Shown: positions 55,561-64,000 of the stretch, piece by piece
How positions within the stretch are numbered: position 1 is the first letter of the stretch
Layout: each line of letters starts with the position of its first letter
Assembly (NCBI GenBank): GCA_963741945.1
Contig: CAVUKA010000004.1
Coordinates: 96,001-160,000, forward strand
DNA: 64,000 bases
Direction of reading: 5' to 3'
Origin: an uncultured Gemmatimonadales bacterium
GTDB lineage: Bacteria; Gemmatimonadota; Gemmatimonadetes; Longimicrobiales; RSA9
The notes under the pieces: generated by a model
Database searches by the model: none
Seen by the model: only the letters and a program-made list of their open reading frames with translations
Told to the model about the DNA's origin: nothing
Translations under genes and position numbers: made by a program

Positions 55561-57245
55561 CAGAGCCGGGGACCGAGTCTCACGAAGAAATTGGCGCCAT
55601 CAGTACCACTCGAGAGGGGGACGGCCAGATACAAGCCGATCGGGCCCGCCCGGATCCCGAAGCCCGCGTCATAGCGCAGATCGGATGGGCCGGTATTGAA
55701 GCGGCGTCCCAGGGACTGCTCCTCGATCCACGCCCGGCCTGCATCGGCGAAAAGCACAAGTTCGGGTGTGGTGAAGAGGTCGAAGTCGAGCCCCAGCTTC
55801 CGCCCCAGCGCCACGCCGGTGAACAGCGCGTAACGAAGCTCCGCCTGCACGAGCACGGCGCGATCGCAGCCGTAGTACGAGTAATGCCCCTCGACCAGCG
55901 GGGCGCGAGAGCGGGCGCCGCAGTCGAGCTGCATCTGTCGATAGCCGGGCAGCGTTCCCTCGCCGCCGAGCGCATGCTGCCGCTGCGCCGGGAGCGCACC
56001 GTCATCGGGAGAGCCCGTGGCCAGGGCGTGCAGCGCCAGCCGGGTCTTCGGGCCGAGCCGGTAGTAGCGCCGCGCATCGAGCGTCACGCTCGTGAACTCG
56101 GCGCCGACCGGCACCTCTTCCAGCGTGCCGCCGGGGACCCCCGGCGTCTCATCCAGGGCCACGGACGTCAGTTGGCCTTCCAGCCCCTGCTCCACTTCGG
56201 CCCGGATCAGCCAACCGGTGGCCGGGTCGATGCGGTCGTTGCGCGTGTCCCACTGGAACCACCCCCGGACACTGCGCAGCGAGCCTTCGGCGACTTCCGG
56301 CTCGGGCCGCCAGTCCTCGTCGTTGCCGAGTAGCGCCCACGGCGTTCCCGCTTCCGTCGTCCCCTGCTCCTCGTCACGGTATTCCACCCCGGCTTCGTAC
56401 GGGCGCGTGCGCCCTATGAAGCGCAGATAGCCGCTCCACCCGCGCCGCCCGTAGTGGTCCCGGTAGTCCTCGTGCGCGATGAACGTGGACAGTGAGTTCT
56501 CCAGGTCCGACAGTCCGCGCTTCTCGATCGGCTCGATGAGGTTGTACAGGCCGACCCCGGCCGCCACGCTCCTGTGCCCGCCAAGGTACTGCTCCAGGAT
56601 GATCCGGTGGCCGAAGTCGTCCGGATGGATGCGGAAGCCGTTCCTCGTCCTGTAGATGACCACCGCCTGCAGCACGGTGGGATTGGACCGTCCGAACTCC
56701 AGCCGCGGCCCGAACGCGATCGGCAGGCCTTCGACGCGGTTGTACGACTCCTGCACCGCGAGGATCAGGTCGGTGCGGCCGAACTCGGTCGACCACCCCC
56801 GCAGCCATGACGCGCGGGCGGGGCCGAGCGCCACCAGCCGGCCGCGCTCCCGCCGGAACCGAAGCAGGTCGTCATAGCGGACCACGTGGCCCGCCACGCC
56901 GTCGCGCGGACCGTTCATCTGGCCGCCCACCACGGTCAGGGATCCCTCGATCCGTCCGCCGGAGAGCAGGACGACGTCCCCATTGATCACGACGACGTCG
57001 CCGGTCACCAGGCCGGCCACCGTGAACGGGCCGCCCACCGCGGCCACATCCCCACGGAGCGTGGCGCCGCTCGCCAGCCGGGCCGGGCCTTCCACGCGGG
57101 TCGTCGACGGCCGGTTATAGAAAGCTGCCACCGCGTGGGCGGCTGCTTCGGTCAGGGGCTCGGGCTCCGGCGTCGCCTCCTGCGCCACCAGCGGCGGCAC
57201 CAGCGCGAGCAGCGAGGCCACGCACCAGGCCATGTGTTTCACCAT
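55560..57245 (-). CDS. Omp85 (BamA/TamA-like) beta-barrel with N-terminal beta-helix repeats
   Basis: GDVAAVGG/GDVVVINGDV/GSLTVVGG repeats, YNRVEG, WDTRN, LGGEGTLPGY, FADAGRAW, DAGFG. Confidence 0.75.
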   Translation of the reverse strand: MVKHMAWCVASLLALVPPLVAQEATPEPEPLTEAAAHAVAAFYNRPSTTRVEGPARLASGATLRGDVAAVGGPFTVAGLVTGDVVVINGDVVLLSGGRIEGSLTVVGGQMNGPRDGVAGHVVRYDDLLRFRRERGRLVALGPARASWLRGWSTEFGRTDLILAVQESYNRVEGLPIAFGPRLEFGRSNPTVLQAVVIYRTRNGFRIHPDDFGHRIILEQYLGGHRSVAAGVGLYNLIEPIEKRGLSDLENSLSTFIAHEDYRDHYGRRGWSGYLRFIGRTRPYEAGVEYRDEEQGTTEAGTPWALLGNDEDWRPEPEVAEGSLRSVRGWFQWDTRNDRIDPATGWLIRAEVEQGLEGQLTSVALDETPGVPGGTLEEVPVGAEFTSVTLDARRYYRLGPKTRLALHALATGSPDDGALPAQRQHALGGEGTLPGYRQMQLDCGARSRAPLVEGHYSYYGCDRAVLVQAELRYALFTGVALGRKLGLDFDLFTTPELVLFADAGRAWIEEQSLGRRFNTGPSDLRYDAGFGIRAGPIGLYLAVPLSSGTDGANFFVRLGPRL

Positions 57246-58552
57246 TCGATCCCCAGTCTCTTCATCCGTCGATACAGGTTCGCGCGATCCGTTTTCAGCA
57301 GTCGCGCGGCTTCTGCAACTGTCCCGGCCGCCTCCAGCGCGGCCGCGATCTCCCGTCGCTCGAACGCCTCCAGGCGGTCACTCAGACCGCCGGGGCCCGG
57401 AGCCATGGCCGGGAGCAGCGCCTTCACTTCCTCCTCGCCCACGCGCGCGCCTCCATGGAGAATGGTCAGCCGCTCGAGCACGTTGGCCAGCTCGCGCACG
57501 TTCCCCGGCCACGTGTAGCGCGCCAGCACGGCCATGGCCGCCGCATTCAGAGATGGGGGTTCGAGTCCTTCCCGCTGCCGCAGCTGGCGATCGATGTGCT
57601 CCACGAGGGCGTTCAGGTCCCCCGGCCGCTCGCGCAGCGGCGGGATGTGGATGGGGACCACATTGAGGCGGTAGAAGAGGTCGTCCCGGAACGCGCCCGT
57701 ATCCAGCGCTTCCGCGAGGTCTCGGTTGGTGGCGGCCACGACGCGGACATCCACGGCCAGGCTCCGGCTCCCGCCCACGCGCTGCATCTCGCCCGTCTCC
57801 AGCGCCCGGAGCAGCTTGGCCTGGGCGTCCAGGCTCAGATCGGCCACTTCGTCCAGGAAGAGCGTGCCGCCGTCGGCCTGCTCGAACCGCCCCCTGCGTC
57901 GGCGCGTGGCTCCCGTGAACGCGCCTCGCTCGTGGCCGAACATCTCGGACTCGATCAGGTCTCGCGGGATGGCCGCGCTGTTCACGCGGATGAATGGCTT
58001 CCGCCGTCGTGGCGAGAGGTAGTGGATCGCCGCCGCCACCAGCTCCTTCCCCGTTCCGCTCTCCCCCGTGACCAGCACGCGGGCATCCGTCGGGGCCGCC
58101 TGTCGGATCCGCTCCCGCACCCGCTCCATGGCGTCCGAGTCACCGACGATGTCGGCTACGGAAACGGGAGCCATCGACCGCTCCCGGGCCCGGCGCAGCT
58201 CGACCGCCCCGCTCACGGTGGCCAGCACCGATTCGGGGGTTAGCGGCTTCTCGATGAAATGGAAGGCTCCGAGCCGCGTCGCTTCTACGGCATCCTGCAG
58301 CGTGGCCCGCCCGCTCATCATGACCACCGGGATGACAGGCCGGCGCTCGGTCAGCTGACGGAGCGCCTCCATCCCGTCCAGCCTCGGCATGGACAGGTCG
58401 ATGAGGACCACGTCCGGATCCTCCGTCGCGGCCCGCTCGACGCCCGCCGCCCCATCCTCCGCTTCCGTGACCTCATAGCCTTCCTCCTCCAGGAGGCCGC
58501 GCAGCATCCTCCGGATGTTGGATTCGTCGTCGACAATGAGGATGGAGGGCAT
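57239..58552 (-). CDS. Sigma54-dependent response regulator (NtrX/NtrC family)
   Basis: REC (VDDE, IDLSMP), GESGTGKE, GAFTGA, YRLNV, WPGNVREL, Fis-type HTH. Confidence 0.95.
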   Translation of the reverse strand: MPSILIVDDESNIRRMLRGLLEEEGYEVTEAEDGAAGVERAATEDPDVVLIDLSMPRLDGMEALRQLTERRPVIPVVMMSGRATLQDAVEATRLGAFHFIEKPLTPESVLATVSGAVELRRARERSMAPVSVADIVGDSDAMERVRERIRQAAPTDARVLVTGESGTGKELVAAAIHYLSPRRRKPFIRVNSAAIPRDLIESEMFGHERGAFTGATRRRRGRFEQADGGTLFLDEVADLSLDAQAKLLRALETGEMQRVGGSRSLAVDVRVVAATNRDLAEALDTGAFRDDLFYRLNVVPIHIPPLRERPGDLNALVEHIDRQLRQREGLEPPSLNAAAMAVLARYTWPGNVRELANVLERLTILHGGARVGEEEVKALLPAMAPGPGGLSDRLEAFERREIAAALEAAGTVAEAARLLKTDRANLYRRMKRLGIEW

Positions 58553-58567
58553 GGCCCCTCTGTCAGC

Positions 58568-59284
58568 TCACTCGCGCCGCCCGGCAATCAGCCGCGCGTG
58601 CACCACGGTCCCGATCCCCGTCTGCTCCGCGCTGGCGCTCCGACAGTAGACGCGCGCTTCCGGCCCGTAGAACACGCGCATGCCGTCCGAGGCCGAGGAC
58701 GGCACCTCCCGGTCGCCACACCCGAGCACGTCGTAGAAGCCCGGCGTCAGCATGCGGGCGACGCTGTCCCCGACCGCCGGCGTGGGCACCGCCACGGTCA
58801 TGACCACGGCCGCCGTCGGATCCACATCCGTCCCGACGTACTGCAGGAGCGACGCGATGATCGCCCGCGCATGCGCCCCATCGTCCACACGGAACGAGAG
58901 GAGATCCAGGTACCGCTTGTCTCCGATCTCGTAGAGCGCGTCCAGCACCGTGTACGTCCCGCCCGTGTACTCGAGATCGATGATGGTGTCCCCCACGGGC
59001 TTCATCGCCAGGAACGACAGCCCCGTACCGCCCGCGTTCGCAGGCCCGCTCAGCGTCAGGCCAGTCGATTCCGCCACCGAGGCGAGCCACGTGCTGTCCG
59101 TGGGCCCGAGCAGGAACGCCGCTTTCGGCGATCCATCCCTGAGCACGGCGGCCACGTCCGCAGACGATGCCCCCGCGGCCGCGCGAACCGCTACCGTGGG
59201 GACAGCAATGTCTTTCGGCGCCCCGAAGTTCGCGGCGCAACCGGCGAGCGACAGCGCGACGAGGCTAGGAAGCAGGCGTCTCAT
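58568..59284 (-). CDS. Hypothetical lipoprotein
   Basis: LAGC lipobox, AAAGGA RBS, within the two-component operon. Confidence 0.75.
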   Translation of the reverse strand: MRRLLPSLVALSLAGCAANFGAPKDIAVPTVAVRAAAGASSADVAAVLRDGSPKAAFLLGPTDSTWLASVAESTGLTLSGPANAGGTGLSFLAMKPVGDTIIDLEYTGGTYTVLDALYEIGDKRYLDLLSFRVDDGAHARAIIASLLQYVGTDVDPTAAVVMTVAVPTPAVGDSVARMLTPGFYDVLGCGDREVPSSASDGMRVFYGPEARVYCRSASAEQTGIGTVVHARLIAGRRE

Positions 59285-60596
59285 ACTGTCCTTTCTCTGT
59301 GTCCGCGGCGGCGGAGCTCCGGGTCGGGAGCCGCACCACCAGCTCCGCCCCTCGCTCCAGGTTGCGCGCGCTCACGTCCCCTCCGTCCGCACGCACGGCC
59401 TGCCTGACCAGTGCCAGGCCCAGCCCTGTCCCCCGCTTCTTGGTCGTGAAATCCGGCTCGAAGATCCGGTCCGCCTCACCGGGCGGCAACCCTGGTCCCG
59501 TGTCCGCGATGCGAACCTCGAGCCATCGTCCCTCCTCCGTTGTCCGGATGACCACCGTCAGGCGCGCATCCCGCACCGACTCCATGGCGTCCACCGCGTT
59601 CCGGATCACGTTCCGGAACGCTCGCAGAAGCGCGTCGTAGTGCGCCCGCACGGCGGGAAGTGGACCACTCGTCTCCAGGTGGACCGCAACTCGCTCCGGT
59701 ACGTCCGTCGCCAGCAGCCCCGCCAGCAGCTCGTCCACCGCCACGTCCGTGCGCGGCCCCTCCGGCGGCCGACCCAGGGCACTGAACTGACCCGCCAGCT
59801 CTTCGAGACGGCCCACTTCCTCGCCGATCACGTCCACGACCTCGCCCAGCGACCCCTCCGATGACGCGGCGCGTCGAAGCCGATGCGCGGCCAGCCGCAG
59901 CGGCGTCAGTGGGTTCTTCATTTCGTGGGCCACGCGCCGGGCCATCTCGCCCCACACCCGCACCCGCTCCGTCGCCAGCGCCCGCTCCCTTGCCGCTGCC
60001 AGCCGCGCGCCCGCGTCCCGCAGCGCCCGGTCCAGCACCCTCACCTCACGCACGGAGTCGTGTGAGGGCGGCGGCAGCGGCTCCTCACGTCCGAGGTGCT
60101 CCGCCAGGGCCACCAGCTCGTGGATCGGGCGCGCCAGCTCCCGTGCCAGGAGACGGCTGACCCACGCCGCGAGGGCCGTGAGCACGAGCGCCAGCGCCAG
60201 CGTCAGCCACGGCAGGGCGTGCTGGAACCGTTCGCCGAGGAACGCCCAGCGACGCGCCTGTGTAAGGGACTCGGAGAGCGCCGCGCGGTGGGATGCGGCC
60301 GCGGCCGCGAGCGCGGAGTCGCCGGAGGCGGCGGCGAGGTCGACGACGGACCGACCGCTCCTGGCGACCGCCTCCCATGGGCCGAGGACGCCGGTAATGC
60401 CGAGGGAGGCCGCCAGCGCGTAGCCGCCGATGGCGAGCAGTGCCAGAGCCGGCAGCAGGGTCAGCAGGAGGACCCTCGTGAAGATGCGACGCTCCAGGGT
60501 GGGCTCGCGACGACGGGGCCGCAGACCGGGCGCCCCGGCCAGATCGCCGCCCGGGGTGGGTGCGTCGCGCGGAGAAGCTGGCACAATTCCGGCCAT
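59265..60596 (-). CDS. NtrY-like sensor histidine kinase
   Basis: WGEMARRVAHEMKNPLTP, NVIRNA, DTGPG, FEPDFTTK, GTGLGL. Confidence 0.92.
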   Translation of the reverse strand: MAGIVPASPRDAPTPGGDLAGAPGLRPRRREPTLERRIFTRVLLLTLLPALALLAIGGYALAASLGITGVLGPWEAVARSGRSVVDLAAASGDSALAAAAASHRAALSESLTQARRWAFLGERFQHALPWLTLALALVLTALAAWVSRLLARELARPIHELVALAEHLGREEPLPPPSHDSVREVRVLDRALRDAGARLAAARERALATERVRVWGEMARRVAHEMKNPLTPLRLAAHRLRRAASSEGSLGEVVDVIGEEVGRLEELAGQFSALGRPPEGPRTDVAVDELLAGLLATDVPERVAVHLETSGPLPAVRAHYDALLRAFRNVIRNAVDAMESVRDARLTVVIRTTEEGRWLEVRIADTGPGLPPGEADRIFEPDFTTKKRGTGLGLALVRQAVRADGGDVSARNLERGAELVVRLPTRSSAAADTEKGQYETPAS

Positions 60597-60655
60597 GGAC
60601 TGCAACGTAGACAGCCGTTCGGGACGGAACAAGTCGCGCAGGGAAGGAGGGAATC

Positions 60656-61363
60656 GTGATCCTGCCGAATGTACGCGCATCGTTCGGGCGCGCCGAGGCC
60701 GGCGCGGTCATCGGGCTGCTTTCCGCCGGAGACGGCAAGACGAGGGAGCGTCTCCTGGATCGCCTCCGTGACGAGGGCTTCGATGGACTGCTCGATGATC
60801 CCCGCACGCTCAACGCCGCCCTCACCGGCCGCACGGACCTCGGCCAGCCCCTCCTCTTCTACCTCCTCGTGCGCCACGCGATGCTCGAGGCCGGGATCGA
60901 CGACCGGACCCTGGCCGACTACATCGCCGCCGTGCTGATCGCGTTCGGGCACGCCGACCGGGCGCTCCGCATCGCGGATGACCATCCGGACCGGTTCCTC
61001 TATCTCGTGGACCTCGTCGCGGCGGCCGACTCGCCCGACGGGCGCCAACGGTTCCTCGTCCGTGCGCACCTCGGCAACTACGCCCTCTGGCTCAGCGGGA
61101 TCTTCCCGGACCATGTCACTGCCCGCGTGCAGCGGCGGGGCGCCCCCGGCATCGACTATTTCGAGGCCCTGGGGGCCAGCGGCTACCGCCTCGCCGCCGA
61201 CACCGACCTGGCCGTCCGGCACGGCCTCGACGACCTGCTCCGCACCGCCGCCGACGCCTTCCCGGAGCTGCGCGTCGCCCTCAACCGGATCTCCGACCGC
61301 TACCTCTTCCCCAACCCGGGCTCCATCGAGCGCCTGCTGCGACAGGTGTCCGACGGCGGATGA
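60656..61363 (+). CDS. Hypothetical protein
   Basis: GTG start with AAGGAGG RBS, GC-rich third positions, HLGNYALWLSGIFPD segment. Confidence 0.8.
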   Translation: MILPNVRASFGRAEAGAVIGLLSAGDGKTRERLLDRLRDEGFDGLLDDPRTLNAALTGRTDLGQPLLFYLLVRHAMLEAGIDDRTLADYIAAVLIAFGHADRALRIADDHPDRFLYLVDLVAAADSPDGRQRFLVRAHLGNYALWLSGIFPDHVTARVQRRGAPGIDYFEALGASGYRLAADTDLAVRHGLDDLLRTAADAFPELRVALNRISDRYLFPNPGSIERLLRQVSDGG

Positions 61364-61390
61364 CGGTCGCCGGGAATCGCTGACGGTTTC

Positions 61391-63325
61391 TCAACGCGGC
61401 GCCGCGGCGGCTGCATCCAGCCACTCGCCGCACGCGCCGCAGAAGCGCCAGTGGGGCCTCGCTCGCGCCCCGCATGCGCACCGGGCCACCAGCTCACCGC
61501 CGCACAACGGACAGAAGGCGTGGTCCTTGGCCACGCGCGCCCCGCAGGAGCGGCAGAGCCGGGCGTCATCGGCCAGCAGCGCCAGCAGCGGCCGGATCTC
61601 GTCCAGCGTTGTCACGCCGGCCTCCACTTTCGCCCAGGCATGCACTGCAAGCGGCACCATGCCTGCCGCCATGGCGGCCTCCCGTACGGCGTCCGTGGGC
61701 GCGGCCTCCAGGATCAGCTCCCGCACCCGCGCGTCCACGCGCAGGAGCTCGAATACGCCCACCCGGCCCCGGTATCCGGTGCCACCGCAGCGGTGACACC
61801 CCACTGGTTGTGGCAGGTGCGACGGCGTGGGCAGCCCGAGCTCGTGCAGCAGGTCCCCCGTCGCGGGCGTAACGGTGCGGCAGTCCGGGCAGAGCCGCCG
61901 CACGAGCCGCTGCGCCAGTACTCCCACCAGCCCGCCGGCCACGAGGTAGCGTGGCGCGCCCATCTCCATGAGGCGGCTGACGGCGCCCGGCGCATCGATG
62001 GTGTGGAGTGTGGAAAGGACCAGGTGCCCGGTCAGCGCCGCCGCCAGCCCCACCTCGGCCGTCTCGCGGTCCCGCATCTCCCCCACCAGGATGGCGTCCG
62101 GGTCCTGCCGCAGAACGCTCCGCAGCGCGGCCGCGAACGTGAGTCCCGCCTTCGGCTGAACCTGTACCTGCGTGGTCCGGTCCACGCGGTACTCCACGGG
62201 GTCTTCGAGCGTGACCAGGTTGCGGCCGTCCCGGTCCCGCGACTCCAGCACGGCGTACAGCGTGGTGGTCTTGCCGCTCCCGGTGGGGCCGGTGACCAGG
62301 AAGAGCCCGTGCTCGCGGTCCAGCGCCCGGGAGAGCGCGCTCCGCAATGGCGGCTCCATGCCCAGGTGGTCCAGGGACCGCCGGGCGCTGCGGGGATCCA
62401 GCAGCCGCAGCACCACCTTCTCCCCGTCCGCCGCCGGGAGCGTGCTCACGCGCACCCCCACGCGCTGCCCTTCCACCACGACCGCGCTGCGACCGTCCTG
62501 CGGCCTTCTCTTCACGGCGATGTCCAGCCCCGCCATGATCTTTATCCGCGACGTCACGGCCGACGCCGAAGACGCGGGCAGCTCGAGCAATGGTCTGAGC
62601 ACCCCGTCGATGCGCGCCCGCACGCGGATCTTCCCACCCTCCGGCTCGATATGGATGTCGCTGGCGCCTGCCGAGACCGCCCGCTCCAGCAGCACGTCGA
62701 CCAGCGCGACCACCGGCGGGGCCTCCGCCTGCCGCAGCATGTCCGCGCCCTCATCCCGCGGCTCCGTGCCGGTCTGCGCCCCGGCCCGGGCGCCGGTCGT
62801 GTCGCCGGGGGCCGCGGCGGCGCCCGCGCCCGTCCCGAGCCGGCGGAGGGCGTTCCGCACGGCCTCGTCGCCGTACGCCTCCGCCAGCCCCCGCTCCACG
62901 GCCGCTTCCGTGGCCACCACGGGCTCCGTTCGCCGCCCCGTCCGGAACTGCAGATCGTCCACCGCGGCCGCGTCCAGCGGGTCCGCCATGGCCACACGCA
63001 TCGCCCGCGCCGTCGCGCTCAGCGGAAGCACCCGATGACGGAGCGCGAGGGCGTGCGGAACCAGCGTCAGCGCGGCGGGGTCCGGCCTCAGCGGCGCCGG
63101 AGCGTAGGTCAGCCTCAGCTGCCGTGCGAGCGCCCGCGCCAGTGCTTCCGGGTCCAGGCCGCGCCGGACCAGGATCGCGCCGATCCGCTCCCGCGTTTCC
63201 CGCTGCTCCGCGAGCGCCGCCTCGACGCCGGCGGCGCTCGCTTCACCGTCCTCCACGAGGACGCGCCCGAGCATGGTCTCCATGCGCCACGGTGCAGCCA
63301 CGGCCGGGGCAGGGGAATGGCTCAT
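61391..63325 (-). CDS. PilB/GspE-family secretion ATPase with MshEN-like N-terminus and C-terminal zinc ribbons
   Basis: GASDIHIEP, PQDGR, GPTGSGKTTT, TLEDPVE, LRQDPD, GHLVLSTLHT; start may be 63283. Confidence 0.93.
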   Translation of the reverse strand: MSHSPAPAVAAPWRMETMLGRVLVEDGEASAAGVEAALAEQRETRERIGAILVRRGLDPEALARALARQLRLTYAPAPLRPDPAALTLVPHALALRHRVLPLSATARAMRVAMADPLDAAAVDDLQFRTGRRTEPVVATEAAVERGLAEAYGDEAVRNALRRLGTGAGAAAAPGDTTGARAGAQTGTEPRDEGADMLRQAEAPPVVALVDVLLERAVSAGASDIHIEPEGGKIRVRARIDGVLRPLLELPASSASAVTSRIKIMAGLDIAVKRRPQDGRSAVVVEGQRVGVRVSTLPAADGEKVVLRLLDPRSARRSLDHLGMEPPLRSALSRALDREHGLFLVTGPTGSGKTTTLYAVLESRDRDGRNLVTLEDPVEYRVDRTTQVQVQPKAGLTFAAALRSVLRQDPDAILVGEMRDRETAEVGLAAALTGHLVLSTLHTIDAPGAVSRLMEMGAPRYLVAGGLVGVLAQRLVRRLCPDCRTVTPATGDLLHELGLPTPSHLPQPVGCHRCGGTGYRGRVGVFELLRVDARVRELILEAAPTDAVREAAMAAGMVPLAVHAWAKVEAGVTTLDEIRPLLALLADDARLCRSCGARVAKDHAFCPLCGGELVARCACGARARPHWRFCGACGEWLDAAAAAPR

Positions 63326-63377
63326 GGGGACGCCCTGCGGAGTGACGGCGCGCGGCCGAGACCGTAGAATCACTTCC

Positions 63378-64000
63378 ATGATCGAGATCCGGACTCTCTC
63401 GAAGCACTTCGGCACCCGCGCGGCGCCTGTCGTGGCGCTGGAGGACGTCTCGCTTTCCATCGGCCCCGGTGTCTGGGCGGTGGTGGGGCCGAACGGGGCA
63501 GGGAAGACCACCCTTCTGGGCCTCGTCCTCGGCTTCCTCCACCCTTCCACCGGCTCGGTCCGCATCCGGGACAGGCTGCCCCGCCGCTATTTGAGGCGAC
63601 ACGGGGCCGGCTACCTCCCCGAGCGCTTCCACCTTCCGCCCCAGTGGTCGACTCGTACGGCGCTCCGGGCCCTGTCCGCCCTCGATGGGCATTCGGACAG
63701 CGATGCCCGGGCGGAACGCGCGCTGGCGAGATTCGGGCTCGCGGAGCACGCCGACAAGCCTGTCGGCGCCCTTTCCCGCGGGCTCAATCAGCGCCTCGGC
63801 CTCGCCCAGGCCCTCGCCTCTCCGCACGACCTGGTGGTACTGGACGAGCCGACGGAGGGTCTCGACCCCATATGGCGCGTCCGCTTCCGCGACGCCGTCC
63901 ACGAGATCCGACGCAGCGGCGCGACCGTCCTCCTCGCCAGCCATGAGCTGGTGGAAGTGGAGCGCCTCTCCGATCACGTCATCCTCCTGGAGAACGGGCG
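63378..64000 (+). CDS. ABC transporter ATP-binding protein (runs off window end)
   Basis: Translated by eye: MIEIRTLSK, GPNGAGKTT, LSRG.NQR, LDEPT.GLD, ASH. Confidence 0.92.
   Translation, partial: MIEIRTLSKHFGTRAAPVVALEDVSLSIGPGVWAVVGPNGAGKTTLLGLVLGFLHPSTGSVRIRDRLPRRYLRRHGAGYLPERFHLPPQWSTRTALRALSALDGHSDSDARAERALARFGLAEHADKPVGALSRGLNQRLGLAQALASPHDLVVLDEPTEGLDPIWRVRFRDAVHEIRRSGATVLLASHELVEVERLSDHVILLENG

Noticed and set aside
1..64000. Mobile elements, prophage, defence systems, tRNA/rRNA
   Set aside because: No integrase, transposase, phage structural, nuclease or structural-RNA signatures recognised by eye; small RNAs could have been missed

Overview
High-GC bacterial chromosomal region. 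Gene content (SusC/SusD outside Bacteroidota, alternative complex III, Tat amidase, Cys-rich SLT paralogs) suggests Gemmatimonadota; this is inference, not a database result. About 57 coding regions, mostly housekeeping or metabolic: split glycine cleavage genes (gcvP, gcvH, lipoate ligase), peptidases, two acyl-CoA dehydrogenases, msrA, groES-like/hslO, trmJ, a complete actABCDEF operon, a SusC/SusD pair, a luxE-luxC-like pair, NtrY/NtrX-like two-component genes and a PilB/GspE ATPase. I saw no rRNA, tRNA, CRISPR array, integrase or transposase, and no single clearly novel multi-gene system. Best leads: (i) seven genes with a -10 box 6-7 nt before the start codon, suggesting leaderless translation; (ii) a switch-like RNA leader upstream of a lytic transglycosylase; (iii) a perfect tandem hairpin in the long susC leader; (iv) an ActB that retains the FS0 Fe-S motif; (v) a YyaL-LuxE-LuxC module without luciferase; (vi) several orphan modules (HisKA-only microprotein, GvpL/F, stand-alone TonB plug, GroES); (vii) a truncated, frameshifted HAF-repeat gene remnant. 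Start codons were chosen by eye and some may shift.
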